A DNA stretch of 64,000 bases from Isurus oxyrinchus (taxonomy: Eukaryota): assembly GCA_026770705.1 (NCBI GenBank), contig JANJGN010000021.1, positions 98,022,001 to 98,086,000 on the forward strand, read 5' to 3'. A program made the position numbers and the translations under genes. Positions 11,230 to 24,694 of this stretch are shown here, piece by piece; within the stretch, counting starts at the first letter, position 1; each line of letters starts with the position of its first letter. The notes beneath the pieces were generated by a model. The model worked only from the letters and a program-made list of their open reading frames with translations, searched no databases and was not told the origin of the DNA.

Positions 11230-11243
11230 TGGTCAAATAGTTA
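11230..11243 (+). repeat. Right target-site duplication tggtcaaatagtta
   Basis: Identical to 8248-8261. Confidence 0.9.
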
Positions 11244-11420
11244 GTTTGAATTTATGGTAAAGCCAACCCCATACAATTCCGTTCTTGTTATGTTTTACCT
11301 TTCTAGAAGGTGTATCCACCACATTCTTCCTTGAGCTGACCTTCTCCAGTCCACCATGTCTAAATCAGGGCAGTGATATTGATGTCACACTGCTAGGACT
11401 CCCCGGGTAAGATAGCATTG
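11244..11420 (-). mobile_element. Decayed RTE LINE endonuclease N-terminal part (continuation of 7480-8261)
   Basis: Minus translation DINITALI*TWWTGEGQLKEECGGYTF..KGK resembles the RTE segment DIAALSETR..GEGQL.E.GGYTFFW.GK, which normally lies just upstream of the 8261 segment. Confidence 0.8.
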
Positions 11421-11645
11421 TGGCGTTGTGATTTATCACTGCGTGGGGCTCTAATTGAGAGTCGTGATGTTTCAGGTCCAGAAATGCATTTTAAGGAGGT
11501 TGGAAATCCCTGTGAGTGGATTATTTTAACTTGGATCCGCCATTGCAACCAAACACCATACAGTCCTGGTAGAGCAAGGTATTCACCTAATGACAGGTAT
11601 AGCCAAGACGGTTCAAACCATATTCCGCTGTGTCATTGGGAGCTA

Positions 11646-11701
11646 ACACGCACGCACACGCACACACACACAGACACACACACACACACACACACACACA
11701 C
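11646..11701. repeat. (CA)n microsatellite
   Basis: Visible CA dinucleotide run with interruptions. Confidence 0.95.
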
Positions 11702-11834
11702 TGTATCCCCCAACTCCTAATATCCTGGGGACCTGAGGTCCAGCTAACTTGTCAGTTGGTGTCGAGGGAAATAGTATGATTCTGATCCTGCTCTCCAGTG
11801 GAATCATTCCTGTCCGGGAATCTGGACGGTAGCA

Positions 11835-12020
11835 ACTCACACTCGTTCACTCATCCAGGCTCACTCACTCAGCATTCACTCACTGAACGCTCACTCAAAA
11901 ACCCTGTATTATCCACCCTCACTCATCATTCGCTCACACATGCCTTATTCACTCAAACATCACTCAATCTGCCCTCCCCCGTTCAACCATCACTCATGCT
12001 AGCCTCGCTCACTCACCATC
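11835..12020. repeat. Degenerate (ACTC)n simple repeat
   Basis: Recurrent actc/tcac units. Confidence 0.7.
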
Positions 12021-13529
12021 TAATACATCATGGCATTCCTGTTTCCTAATACAATGTTGGGTTGGAGCCAGTTTCCCATTGGCTCTCTCCTGATGCTCCC
12101 CGCTTCCCCTGTGTCTCCCCAACTTCTCACCACGATCTACCCGTCTCTTCCCCGCTTCGATAATCCTCAATTCTCTTCGCTCTAGTTCCACGCTCTCCCC
12201 GACTTCTTGCCGAATGGGCTTACTCTAGTTGGCGTGCGCCCAGGTTCAGATGCTGCTAGGCCCCAGGCCTCACACACACATTCACTAACACACAGCTATA
12301 GATCACACAGCCCTCACACAGATTAACTTACACACATATGAATGAAGACTTATCTGTCAACATACACATCCAATAGCACGTATTCAAAGCAGGCAGATCA
12401 ACTAACACATATTCACTGACACATAAATGCATTGACCACGTCACTGCTCACCAGAAAACACCCAGGAAGAAATCATGTTGATAATGTGCAATGGCTATTC
12501 AAGGAGCATTTTCCAAAACAGGATGCCGTCATCATTTCGAATGACTTGATCAACATCTTGCATGGACCTGAATGCCTTATTACACATTACTTCCTCGGGA
12601 TTGGTTTATCTAACTAGCAGCATGTGCCTTTGGTTGTTCACATTAGCAGAGTACAGATCATTGTCAGCTAGCCCTTTGCGTGCAAATGCCAGCACCCAAC
12701 ACGTACAGATGTGATTCTATGACTGCGCAGTGCTTAAATCCTGAGTGCATAAATATCAATTCCAACCAATTGAAGATAATAATCCAAAATAGTCACCTGG
12801 ATTATTTACGCTTGTCAAAAGCAACATGCTTTCGGACACACAGGCCTGAACTCTCAGGACCAAAATAATAAGTACAAGCCATGCACATTTTTAAAATCTA
12901 ATTAACAGGGCTTTGGGTAGCTTATTGTGCCACGTGTCATTTTCCTTGGCAGTGCCTCGGCCAACAGTGTCGATTTGCCAACCAGTCAGCAGCCTTTTCA
13001 TATGTAACATAAATTATTGCGACTTTGAAAGTTGGCATTCTTGTGTTTGTCCTAATTATGGTAAGACACAAAGCTCCGGTAACATGTGCGGCTTCTCAGA
13101 GATGTATTTTGTTTCTAAAATTGGCCACAAATTGTACTCTTTTGCCTTGCACCGCCAATCCTGTTGCTAATTCACCTCTACTATATATTGCTTACTTGGC
13201 ACCTCGCATTTTTCTGAAACTAACGTCAACATACATTGATTTTACTTGATTAAAACCTATTAAATTTCTCTTTCCACAACTTTGGCGAATATTCATTGAC
13301 TGAAACATCATGTTATCCACACAGGTCCCCAATGGCAGACTGCGCTTCTTCCCGTGGAGGAAGAGGCGTTAACTCAAGCAATGCACAGGGCTCTCCAAAC
13401 GAAGGCAGAAGCAAAAGGGAAAAGTGTGGAGACGACGTCAGCTCAATGGTGGCAAATGTTGCCTATGTATTTAAAAGTCATCCAATCACTGCTGCTTTTA
13501 CAGAATATCCCTTATCTTGACTGATTTAG

Positions 13530-15560
13530 TTTATTCTTTCATGGAAGTTAGAGGGGTTGGAGATGTGAGTATCTACAAATGATGCATAATTGTTACTGAG
13601 AATGTGATGGTGAGCCGCCTTCTAGTGCACCTACAGTGCAATTGGAATGGAAGTGTGAAGACGTTTACCCAAAGGCCGTGAAAACATATTTATGGAATTC
13701 CAAGGCAACAGGGTGCGTCTTTTGGAGTTGAAATTGCAGGGGGCTGTGTTTCATGCCTGCTTTCCTCTCTCGTGACGGATGTGTAGACTTTGCAAGTTGT
13801 GGTTAAATGAGTCCTGATAAGTTGTTTTATTGCATCTTTCATATGATGCACATTGCTGCCACTGCGCGTTATTCTTCGAGTGATTGAATATTAATGGCGG
13901 TGGGCGGAATGATGAACAAGTGGTTTGTCTGATCCTGGGTGATGTTAAGCTCCTTTGGGTGTCGTTGAATGCGCACTCTTACGGATAAGTGGAGACAATT
14001 CCATCACACTGATGACTTGTGCCCAATGGACGAGCTTTGGAGATTCCAGAGCTGATTTGCCCTTTGGAAAATTCTCAATTCCTGACCTGCTTTCGTAGGC
14101 GCAGCATTGAAATTGTTGGTACAGTTAACTTTCTGCAGCCAGTTCTTGGTTGGTGCTTGACTTTCCCCTGACATAATCCATTGGTTGCTCCATGGCCGCT
14201 ACCTTCATTCACCCTTCTTCTTTTCCATCAGTTTGCATTCAACCATTGTTGTGCTGGCCTGCTGTGATTACTGCCTGCAAGCATCTTATGGGAAATGTGC
14301 AAGAAGATCTCATTATCATTTTTTCAGGGGACATAGGCATCACCCATACTAATTGCCCTGGAGAAGATGCTGGCGTGCCGCAGTTTTGAATCTCTGCAGT
14401 CCATCGGGTGTTGGTAGCATCTACATTGCTGTAAGGAGGTTCCAGGTTTTGGACAGGAAGGGTGGGCAATATAGCGACACGTCAGGATGGAGTGTGGCCT
14501 GGAGGCATTCTTTCAGGTGGTTATATTCCCATTCATCTGCTGCCCTTATCTGTTTTGGTAGACGAAGTCATGTGTTTGGAATGTGCATTCCAATTAGCCT
14601 TGGTGAGTTTCAGCAGTGCGACTTGAAGATGGTGTACACTGTGCGTCGGTAGTGGAGGGGGTGAATGTTTGTGGATGTGGTGACAATAAAGCGGGCTGCT
14701 TTGTCTTCAATTGTGCGAGCTCCGTGAGCCTTGCTGGAGCTGCACTCATCGAAGGAAGTATTCCATCATACTCCAGACTTTTTAATAATTCATGGCAAGG
14801 GCAAATGCCCATGGTTAGAGGACATTTAAGAATTAACCAGTAGGCCAGACCAGATCAGGACGGCAAACTTTCCCTCCTTTAAGGCACTGTTGAACCAGAT
14901 GGGTTTTTAAAACAATGTATTCAAGGTCGTCATTAGAATTTTAATTCCATATTTTTAATTGAATTCAAATTCCAGCGCTTGCCATCAAACCCAAATTCCT
15001 AGAATATTATCCTGGGTCTCTGGATCACTGGTCTACCGAATATAACGCTGCGCCATTGCCCTTGCTTGTGGTGGACACGTTGTGGTGGGTCAGGAGGTGA
15101 GTTAGTTGCCGCCGAATTCTTAGTACCTGACCTGCTGTTGTAGCCACAGTACATTTATGGCTGTTCCAGTGCAGTTTCTATCCGAGGAACCCCCCAGGAT
15201 ATTGATAGTCGGGGATTCAGCAATGCTAGTTAAATTCAACTGCAAGGAGAGGTGGCTGGATTTTCTCTTGTTGCAGATAATGATTTCATATCACCATCTC
15301 TGATTTCCCACTTGGCTGCAGATGATGGGAGAATGCATATGCCCCTGTTGGGCCTTGTAAAAAAAGAGGTGAACTCAGAAGTGGAGCAGCATGTAGTGTT
15401 CTGTACCATTGAAATTGGGTGTCCAGAAATGTCAAAAAAGCTTCAGCTTGTCTTGAGCATAGTGAAGAGTTTAGTGATGGCATTCCTGATGAGCCACAAT
15501 TTTCGTCTGAAGAAACCGATCAAAAATGTGGTGACAGTTGAGTCGAGGCCAGCACATTCG
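13530..15560 (-). mobile_element. Two decayed LINE fragments (family sharing its 3' end with the SINE), with a SINE nested at ~14780-15060
   Basis: Reverse complement of segments at 26500-27725 and 51100-52288 (e.g. gaggaacccccccaggatattgatagtcggggattcagc; aattgccctggagaag); nested SINE head at tctctggatcactggtct..gcgccattgcc. Confidence 0.7.
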
Positions 15561-16789
15561 ACCTGTGGAGAGCAGTTCTGCTTAGATGACTTGAAGCCTA
15601 GACGCCTGCGCCCTTCTCTGGCGTGCCCTGCTCGTGACTGGCTCTGATGCACTTGATATGAATTCACCATTGTGTGGGCAACCCGGAATCTTCTGTGGCG
15701 ACCTCTTCATCTGGGGCCCGGAGGCCTAGGTGAGTGAGAAACATGGCAAGTTGCCTTTCTTTTTCCGACAACTTTTGGTCCCTCGGAACAAGTGTAAAGG
15801 CACATAGAAACCAATGATAAGATGTCCCCACAGTCCTGGTACATTACCGCTGTCCTGTGACGCCTGGGAGAGCCTCTGGGCACCACGATATATGTCAAAA
15901 CACTCTGTCCCTTCTGCTCCTTGACTGAATGATCCTCACCTAGCTAACTCCCTTTGCTGCCTCAAATAATCAGGCGTTTCATTAGGCTGTTATTTGTAAA
16001 ATGCGAATTTAGCTGCAACAGTCCACGTTCAATGCTTTCCAAAATTGGAAAATTGCCAAACACCCGGCGCAGCCTGATCATGTCCCATGTAAAAGCTTCA
16101 CAACCCATGTGCTAAGTTATACCATAGGCCATGTAATATAGGCCATGGAATATAACAAGTGCTAACTCTGTTTCTCTCTTGACAGATGTCACACGGCCTG
16201 CTGCGTGTTTCAATAATTCATTTCATTATTTGTTATGTTTTCTGCTTTGCATCATTTAAGATCTCAAACTATCCACAGCTTCTATTTATTTATTTATTTT
16301 GAGGAAAGATGCGAGAAGCGGTTAGTGCACATTGGCACGGCATATACCTTAATCTGGCAGCGTGGGACAAACAGAAGCAACCGAACGGATTAGCCCTGTA
16401 CTAATAGCAAAGCAATGTTTTGGTTCCTCATATTTATTTTGAAATTGAATTTGAAGGAGCCACGGGAAACTCATTTTAAAATATCGTTTGCAGCTGAGAA
16501 AGTGCATGGATTCCAGTATTGTCACGGAATAGCGAACAGTTTTATTATTGGCAATCATGACCCAGTAATATTTTTTCATGATCCAACCGGATCCAATGGT
16601 GAATGGTTACACCAGTTACAATGCAACGACTTTCGAGTTTGCACCACTCGCAATTAAGGAGGTCGAGGCCCTGATATATATACATTATTGGCCTGGGATG
16701 TGTTTTACAGGGGACGGTTTCAAAGTTTGCAGGGAGACGAAAATCGGAAGCGTAGTCAATTGTGCTAAAGATAGGCTTGGGTCTCAAAA

Positions 16790-17545
16790 AAACCCCCAGC
16801 ATTGTTAAATTGGACAGAGAAGTGACAGATGTCGTTGAATTCAAGACACTATTAAGTAAAGGGAGAAACTCGAAATAATATACAGGAACAGAGAGACCTC
16901 AGTGTATATCTATATAAATTATTGAATATGGCAGGGTATTTTGAGAGACCGGCTAAGAAACATACGGCGTCCTAGGATTTAATTATAGGGGCATTGCGTA
17001 CACGACTAAATAGGCCATGTTGAACTTGTTTAAGAAACTATGTCGGCCTCTCTGGAGCGTTGAAACCAGTTCCGGGCGCCATACTCGAGGAAAGATGTAG
17101 AGATAATACTGAGGAGATTCATAAGAAATATTCCACGGATAAAGAACTGCAGCAATGACGATAGACTGGGGAGTCTGGGACTATATTCCTTGTAGTAAAG
17201 GAGGCCGACAGGAAACTTGATATAGTTATTCAAGATCCTGAGGGGTCTGGGCAGGGTATATAGAGATAAATTTTTAACACTCAATCGACCATCAAGCACT
17301 AGAGGGCGCAGATTCAAAATAATAGTAAACAAAAGTAAACGTGATGTGAGGTTTTTTGTTCACCCAAAGTGTGGCTGGGCTCTGGAACGAACATCCTGGG
17401 AAGGTGGTGGAGGCAGGTTCCATCAAGTTGTTTGAAAGGGAGCTGGAACGCTATCTGAAAATCAAGAATGTGCAAGGTAACGGAGTTAAGGCAGGTGAGT
17501 GGGACTTGGGGCATGGTCTTTCAGAGGGCACTCCTTCTGCATTGT
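16790..17545 (+). mobile_element. Decayed CR1 LINE 3' portion
   Basis: RT C-terminal remnants (FTQSVAGLWNEHPGKVVEAGSIKLFERELERYL, ORF 17356-17547). Confidence 0.8.
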
Positions 17546-20500
17546 AGAGATGTCGTGACTCTGACACTAAGAAGAAGAATTTGTGAGTGAGAGGGTGGGT
17601 GTTGTGCGGAAGGGAGGAGTGAGGGGCGTCCAGTTAGGCAAAAATGATCCGAAGGATGATAATCATTACTAATGCATAATAACTATTCAAACTGAGGATT
17701 CTTGATTGGTTTTCACGGACCAGATTTTTTTTTTTGTGGAAGCCAGGTAATCAGGCGTCGTAAATCATGAGGCACTCTGATGAATGCCGAAAAGAATAGC
17801 TGTTTGTCTATTTGGCGAATTGATAGCTGAACACAATCATGGAAACAGGATTAAAATGAACCGAAAAAATTGATTTTCCATTTCAATACAACATCCTTAT
17901 GACAATGTGCTACTCGCTTCGTAAGTTCATCCGAACAATAAAGTTGCATGAAGGAGAAGCTGGGTGCCATAATCCGGAAATCTAACCGATGATTGTGCTG
18001 ATCGAAGTAGATAAGAGTGGTTGGCAGAAGGTTCCAGTGAGCGTGAATTTCAGGATGGGCCCCATAGCTTGTAATTTTGCTGCAGGTTCTCTTTAACTAT
18101 AGAGAATGCGGAGCCAAATAGTCCGATAGAACCAACTTATAAAATGAAAAGTATAATTAGAAGTAGGGAAATTTACAATGTTTGGTCAAATTTCATGAGG
18201 CCAGAAGTAACTACAGTATTCTTTCAAGGAACTGGCACCGACACGACGGTCTGAATGACCTTCTTTGCTTCTAAATGCTGGTGCGCTGGAGGAAGGAATT
18301 ATGATCATCTCTATGGCTTTAATGCCTCTTTTACACCCGAAGGCCACAAATTACGCAGTACTCGAACAACGATCAATTTTGTTTTAATAATTCATAGATA
18401 TTTATGAATTTTGTTACCATTTATAAGTCCCAGGTTGCAGTTAGCTACGTTGCCATCATTTTTAGCGGGTACCTTATTTAAAGAGCGGCGTGTTGGCGCC
18501 ATATTTGCAGAATAGTCGAAAAGAACTCCTGGAGGCAGAACAAGTTAACCTCAGCTGATGTGAGGCTGGAAGTGTGCTGAAGATGTGGCAGGCAAGTTTC
18601 ATAGACAATTTGGTCCTGAGAGGGCGTGATGGGACATGTCATCTCTGTTTCTTCATAATTGCACGATTGTTCAATCGACTGTTTATTTCTGAGCAGCAGC
18701 CGTTGGATTAAGTATCTCTCCCCGTTCTTCAATTTGAAAATTTAAAAATACCAGTCTCTCTTTGTTAAAGTCTACCAAGTAAGAAAGAGCTGCATCGCTC
18801 GAATCCACCACACCTCAAACCGTCAATCATCAATGTTCAAACTATAATGAGAAATAGATCCCATAGGGGGCGGCGAGACGATTCTGTGAATAAACACACT
18901 AACGCTGGCAACAAAATTGAAAGAAAACGAGATGAGAGCAATCTACATAAACAGAGAATGTTACAGCGATTTTAATTACATCAGCTTCAGCAATAATGAA
19001 AAGAAAATAAAAGCACCGCTAAAACAAAAGAGGAGGTCTTCAGCGCAGGAACTGTGCCAAATTAAAGTTAAAACTCCAGGGGAATAAGGAAAATTGGTAG
19101 AGCAGGGCCTGTTGCCCAAGCAAGAGTCCCAGGCATAAATTCGCGTAGCATAGGGATTAATCAGTAAAAATGCGAACTAGAACTTTAACTTGACGCCCGT
19201 TAAATAAGGCCATCAATGAGAATGATCTGAAGTTGGGCATGGCAAGGCATTCGATGCATTCTAGATTATAAAGTGATTGGAAGAAGCAATGAATCTGCAT
19301 AAGGCTAATAGCTACGTTCCTGGTAAAAGTCGGTATTTTTTTTTCCTGTGGCAGCATTAGCTACACTATTCGTAAGGGGGCATTGATGGGTTAGTTGCGT
19401 GAGCAAAATTATGGCAGATAAAATTCAGTACCAAAATTGTGAAGTCATGCACTTTGTATTTAATGACGATAGTTTTTTTTTTCTCTGAATGCTAAGTTCT
19501 TCAGTGCGATATACGCACAGGCAGATATATCGCTCGCCTTACATAAGTAATTAACATCCATTGGGAATGTAGAAGTATAACTTTAAACGTTCTGGTTAAA
19601 ACCTGGTCTTTATCTCAAGAGAGTTTATTACAAAAGGAGGAAGTTAAGCTCTGACTGTATTGCATTTAGAAAGCTATATTTAATCCTGGCTACAATGCCT
19701 TCTGAAGGTAGTATTCGTTTCGGAAAGGTTGTGCAAAGATACTCCAGCTGGATAAGAAACCTAACAATATTCAATCAGGCGGATAAGCTGAACATGTAAG
19801 CCTTCATTCCCTTCTTTTGCAACTCATGTCAGGGATATCCATGATAATGTTACTTCCTGCATGTGCCCCATTTGCGAAGCTATATTTTTTCTGTCAAATT
19901 ATAAAACTTTGCTGCTGATTGACCCGACACTGCGAGGAATACTCCACAGTGGCTTCTTAAGCCTTAAGGCGATCACTTGCTGACCATCGGGATGTGTTCA
20001 CGTGAAACACGTCCAGACAAATAGTTCTCGCCTTGACATGTGAGTCAAAAATCTGCGTTTCAAGATATGTCTCTTCCCATCAGTCCCAGCACGAACAATT
20101 GCATTAACCTGTGTTTTATCATCTTTGTGACATTGTTTGCCTTGTCGAGCAGAGGATGATTATTTTAGGATTCGGACATTTGATGAAATAGAGTTTATAT
20201 CCAAGGGAAGAAAAAAACTACTTTATTTTTCCATGTCTGAAAAAAATGCAGTTTCCCCAAAAAGATGATGAAAATAATCAATTGAACCTTGCAGTTTACG
20301 TAACTTTGCCCGGGAAGCAGCATTTATATTTGTATTTAAGAAAGGCATTTTGACGGAGTAAACATCTTCTGACCAAATCACGTATTTCACGTGTTGTTTT
20401 TATTGATTTGTTTTAATTGTCATTTTTGCCATGAAGCTTCTTGTACAGTTTTCCTTTCGTCAATGCACAGCTTATTTTTTGGATTTAACATGATAATCTG

Positions 20501-22056
20501 AACGGATTTCTACAACGCAACACTCACACGTTCCAGTGTAACATTCGAATTTCAGGCCAATTGTTTCGATTGAATCTTTAACATAGTGTGAGAGATCATA
20601 TGTGTCTGTTAATATGCTAATTATTAATGCTTGTTAAATTCTGAAAATCATCAATGAGTTCAAACAAACTAAAGCAAAATCGAGAATGTCAGTATTTATA
20701 GAAGTATACTCCGTAAATACACCTGGCTAATCGCCAAATTCCCGGCCCAAATTGGGTCTTCACAATCCCTCCCGTCTTGTCATTAATCCTACCAATCTCA
20801 CTCCTATGGAGTGCAAGATTTGAAATCATCCATGTCTGCCAGTCGAGTGCTGCAAAAGGAAAATATTCTCCAGTGGCCAATTACGCCGATGATAATTATT
20901 TTCAGATAGATTTCAAACCTACCGCATAACATTGCCCATTCGTAATTCAGCATAGCGCACATCTTCAGCTATGTATGTTATATATTTAATCTCCCCTCAA
21001 TGGAAAGAATCTAAGATCAGAGTCTGCTTTGCAAGTGAGCTCCCGTACCAGCACGAGGAATTTGAATACCAACATCAAGGTTGCCTAAACCTATCTGACC
21101 ATTCGTTCCTATCTACTTCAAGTTAGGAACTAACTCCAAGAAGAATCTGTCCTTTACCGTATTACATTATTCTGAAGTTAAAGCCGAACTCTGCAGTTAT
21201 GGGGCAGGGCAACGAAGTGGGCTTGAGGTGCATCAGTTAAGATGAAATTGCTGTGCAGTGTAAGCATTCAGAGCATGATGTCGAGGTTTTGTTTTACTTT
21301 CATTGGGCGCTATCCGCTAAACATCATTATTGAGTTTCAGGTGATGGAGGCGGGGGGTGGGCGGGGGGAATCTTAGGGGTCGATTCATATTTTGGATAAA
21401 ATACAATCTAGCAAAAAGCCAAACTACTGCTAAATCACTCCCTATTAACAGTTGGGAAGATTCAGTGGATTACTTGCATAAAACCCATCGGAACGAAGTG
21501 TCCTAAGTAAGGAAAACGTCTCTTATTCTTTCACCTTCAGCCATATGCCCGTCATTATTAATGTATGTCTTTCAAAACATAACATTCATTAAAAAATATA
21601 AATAAGCAGACAATGAACCATCTATTTTAACACTTTAGAATTATCAATCATATTTCCACCTACTAATTGTGATTACTACCTTACTATGAACACCGCCCTT
21701 CGAACATAGTAACAACAAAATCCTGTTGGCATGATTGCGCTGAATATGCGAAATAACAGTTCAGGAGCATCAGTGTTATTAAAATAATTATTTCAAATTC
21801 CTTGGATTGTAACAAGAGGCAGTTTTAACTTAGCATGATAATATAACACGAAGCAAATCAACTTCTTTTAGCCTGGGTGGACCGGGTGCATGGGTGGAGG
21901 GTGGGGGGGGGGGGGTGAAGCGATGGGCTCTGGGGTGAAATCCCCATGTCACATTATCATTTTCATTTGACTCAATGGCTGGCTGTTATTATGGTCGGAA
22001 AGTGCACTGTAAGTTTTGCCTCTAATTCCTACAGTTCAAAATAACCTCATTGCAGA

Positions 22057-24694
22057 TTAATTCGTGAAGGCATTTAGATTAAGCAGAGACGTCATTAAAT
22101 TCAGGGGACTCTTAATCAGATTATTTAGCTCATCTCTAAATTTCCCCTGGGATACTGCATAAATAAATGTGTTTGTGCAGGAACTCAGCACGCTGAGCAT
22201 ATACTCTGATTGTTCCAAAATAGAGAAAGGTGAGCTGTAATTTTCTTCTAAATACTGAACATCTACAAAGTGTACACAAACATAAGACATAACGGTTATC
22301 ATCCATAGGAGGATAAAACTTCCAGATATAGCGAGCAACAAAACAATAGATTTTCTGCGGTTTTCCATTTCTGGATCGCTGTTTTTCTCACAGTTATTTC
22401 TTCCTCGGAGGCCCCGCCTCACTCTGCTTGCTAACAAAATATGACTTATGGTCAAAGCATTCAGTAGTAATATCAAAACAAATGGATGTGATGGGGTTAA
22501 AATTGTTCTCAGCCAAATTAATGCAGCCCATATCCGTGAGCTGCAGAAGCTTTCTTTTACGTGGCAGGACCACGGTATGCTGTCAACTATTTTGTGAGGC
22601 ACCTAAACAAAGTAGACAGGAACACTTGGCAAAACGCTCAGCGAGGATACCGCTGCAAGAATAATAGCCGCAGTTCTTCCTGTGTAGTATTTTGTTCGCA
22701 CTTTTTTGGCAACAAATGGTCACAAATCGATCAAACATGAAACTTACAGTAAACCACACAGAACAATCAATCGAAACAAAAATCAGGGCAAGATTGAAAC
22801 TACAAATCGATGTGTAATTCAATAATGAATACGGAAAATAAGCATCTTTAATCTCATATAGAATTACATCAAATATTAGAACCAATAGGTCAGCCGTTGT
22901 CATGGCCAGCAAGTAACGGGTGACGCATTTGGGGAGACCGCAATTTCCACGAGACAGGCCGACAATTGTCAGAAAATTAGCTCCAAAGGGAGGGAAATGA
23001 ATTTAATGGGTTTGTGTTATCTGCGAGGATGATAAACCATCAGTTTAATTGTATGAGCATTCATTTATGAATATTTTGCCAAGTTTTAAGTAAGCTCTTC
23101 TGAAGTAGTTTTACATTAATCAAATTCCTAAAAGTAGTGTAATCAGGCATCAGACCGATTTTAGATGTCGACCAATAATATTCGCCATATACTTGAATAT
23201 AGAATGACAGCAGTGGTCTCTAAAAACCAATATTTCTCCAATCTCTCAGTTTACGGCTGGCGAGTTACGCTGAAATTTCCTCATAATGTAGATTATTTCT
23301 CTGCCATCAAACACATGCTCTAATTTCGACCCTATTGCCCTTAATTGGAAGGGTATTCGATGGGGTTGTATTAATATCGCAGATCCTCAGTGCAAATTAA
23401 TCCTATCTGCATTCTGTCCCCTCCAGCAGTAAATAATCATTTTTTTAACCGGTAAACGTTGTGGGAATCATTAGAAACATTAAAGCAACTTGACTAGGAT
23501 TAATGCAACATGTGAGACTTTAATTTCCTGGCACACCATATCAAGTGAGGATTTTGATGGAACTTGATTAACATTCTTCATCAAGCAAGCTCCCCACAAC
23601 CCTCTCCAATTTCCACAATTACCGTATCTGCATAATCAGCTCTGCAGATGACATTGTGAGCAATCTTTAACTTTGAAGTTATGTCATTATACAACTTTTA
23701 GAGGTCATTGAATTAGAACTAGAAACACTATTAAACTGAACCATTCGCTCAGATGCATACAGATAATACCACAGATAAGAACTGAGTGTGGCGATATTGG
23801 CATGCATGGTGAAAGGCTTAATATCGTGGGGTATTTTCAAGGTTAATGCCATGTATACTAATTTAGTGGAGCTGTCAGGGATCCAGTCTTGACCATTTAG
23901 TCATATATGTCAATGAATTTGCAGGTTATCAAGCGAGTTTGGACTTTCCAGCTGCAGTCTCAATGCCCTTGCATATCTCATGTTTCTTGGCTCAAAGCCA
24001 AACTACAAAACGAAGTACAAGGTCTCGATCATGATTTTGCTCGTAATCCCGCTTGCTTAAGTCTCCAAGAGGACTGCAAGTTCTACAGACTGTAAACGAG
24101 TCTGCAAGAGGAAGCTTGAGCCCTGATTGGCATGCTCCAGTCGAAGTCTGGACTCTAGGCAGCCAGTTGAGATCGGTCGCCAGACTGAGCATCTTCACAG
24201 AATCAGAAATTTGTAGATCTGCCAGGGCTGCATTGTCCATAAATTATGGGCTCTTGCATCAAGTCTGAGCAACTGTTCTGGGCTGACAATTTAAAGGTTA
24301 CATATATTATCTCGGCCTTCAAATGCCGTAAAGCAGCCTGTAAGATTAGGGGAACTCTTCCTACTTAACGCTAGGAAACAGTAGCCAATACCTCTCTGAA
24401 ATAATATTGCTCAGCAAGAAATTTGCATATTTCTAGATTTTGCAATTCATAAAGAAAAAAACATCTGGCCATTTTTTAACCACCCTGAAAATTTGAAGGA
24501 ACGCCTGACTTAACTGATAGCAAACAACAATGACAGCTTCAAATGCGCCAGAAGAAATACATTTATTTTCTGTGAAAGAGCCAGCGCAGCAATGTGATAT
24601 CAATAACTGTGCATCTTGACTTAGCTGGGACACCAATAGCAGCTAAAATAGAATAGTAAATATCTGACACCTGAGAAATAATTGGCCATTCCAT
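22057..24694 (-). pseudogene. GPR139/GPR142-like class A GPCR pseudogene A (exon 1 24694-24625; exon 2 22980-22057)
   Basis: Exon 1 MEWPIISQVSDIYYSILAAIGVP; exon 2 NFLTIVGLSRGNCGLPKCVTRYLLAMTTADLL..FDRFVTICCQK..LSSCTNTFIYAVSQGKFR. Lesions: donor reads CTAAGT instead of GTAAGT (24624), +1 frameshift in the A6 run (22702-22707), TAG at 22603-22605. Confidence 0.92.

Larger units (their letters stand above)
8262..11232. mobile_element. Young Penelope-like retroelement (Neptune type), 5'-truncated, with long inverted arm (palindromic insertion)
   Basis: 8294-9590 is the reverse complement of 9936-11232; encodes RT motif RYIDD, Cys linker CPRKRCNTC and GIY-YIG (NLVYCIRCSQCGLLYIGETKR); flanked by a TSD. 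Confidence 0.97.

Noticed and set aside
8262-11232. DNA transposon with long terminal inverted repeats, or fold-back assembly artefact
   Set aside because: It encodes RT and GIY-YIG rather than a transposase; arms differ by ~1%, a TSD is present and the flanking RTE is collinear.
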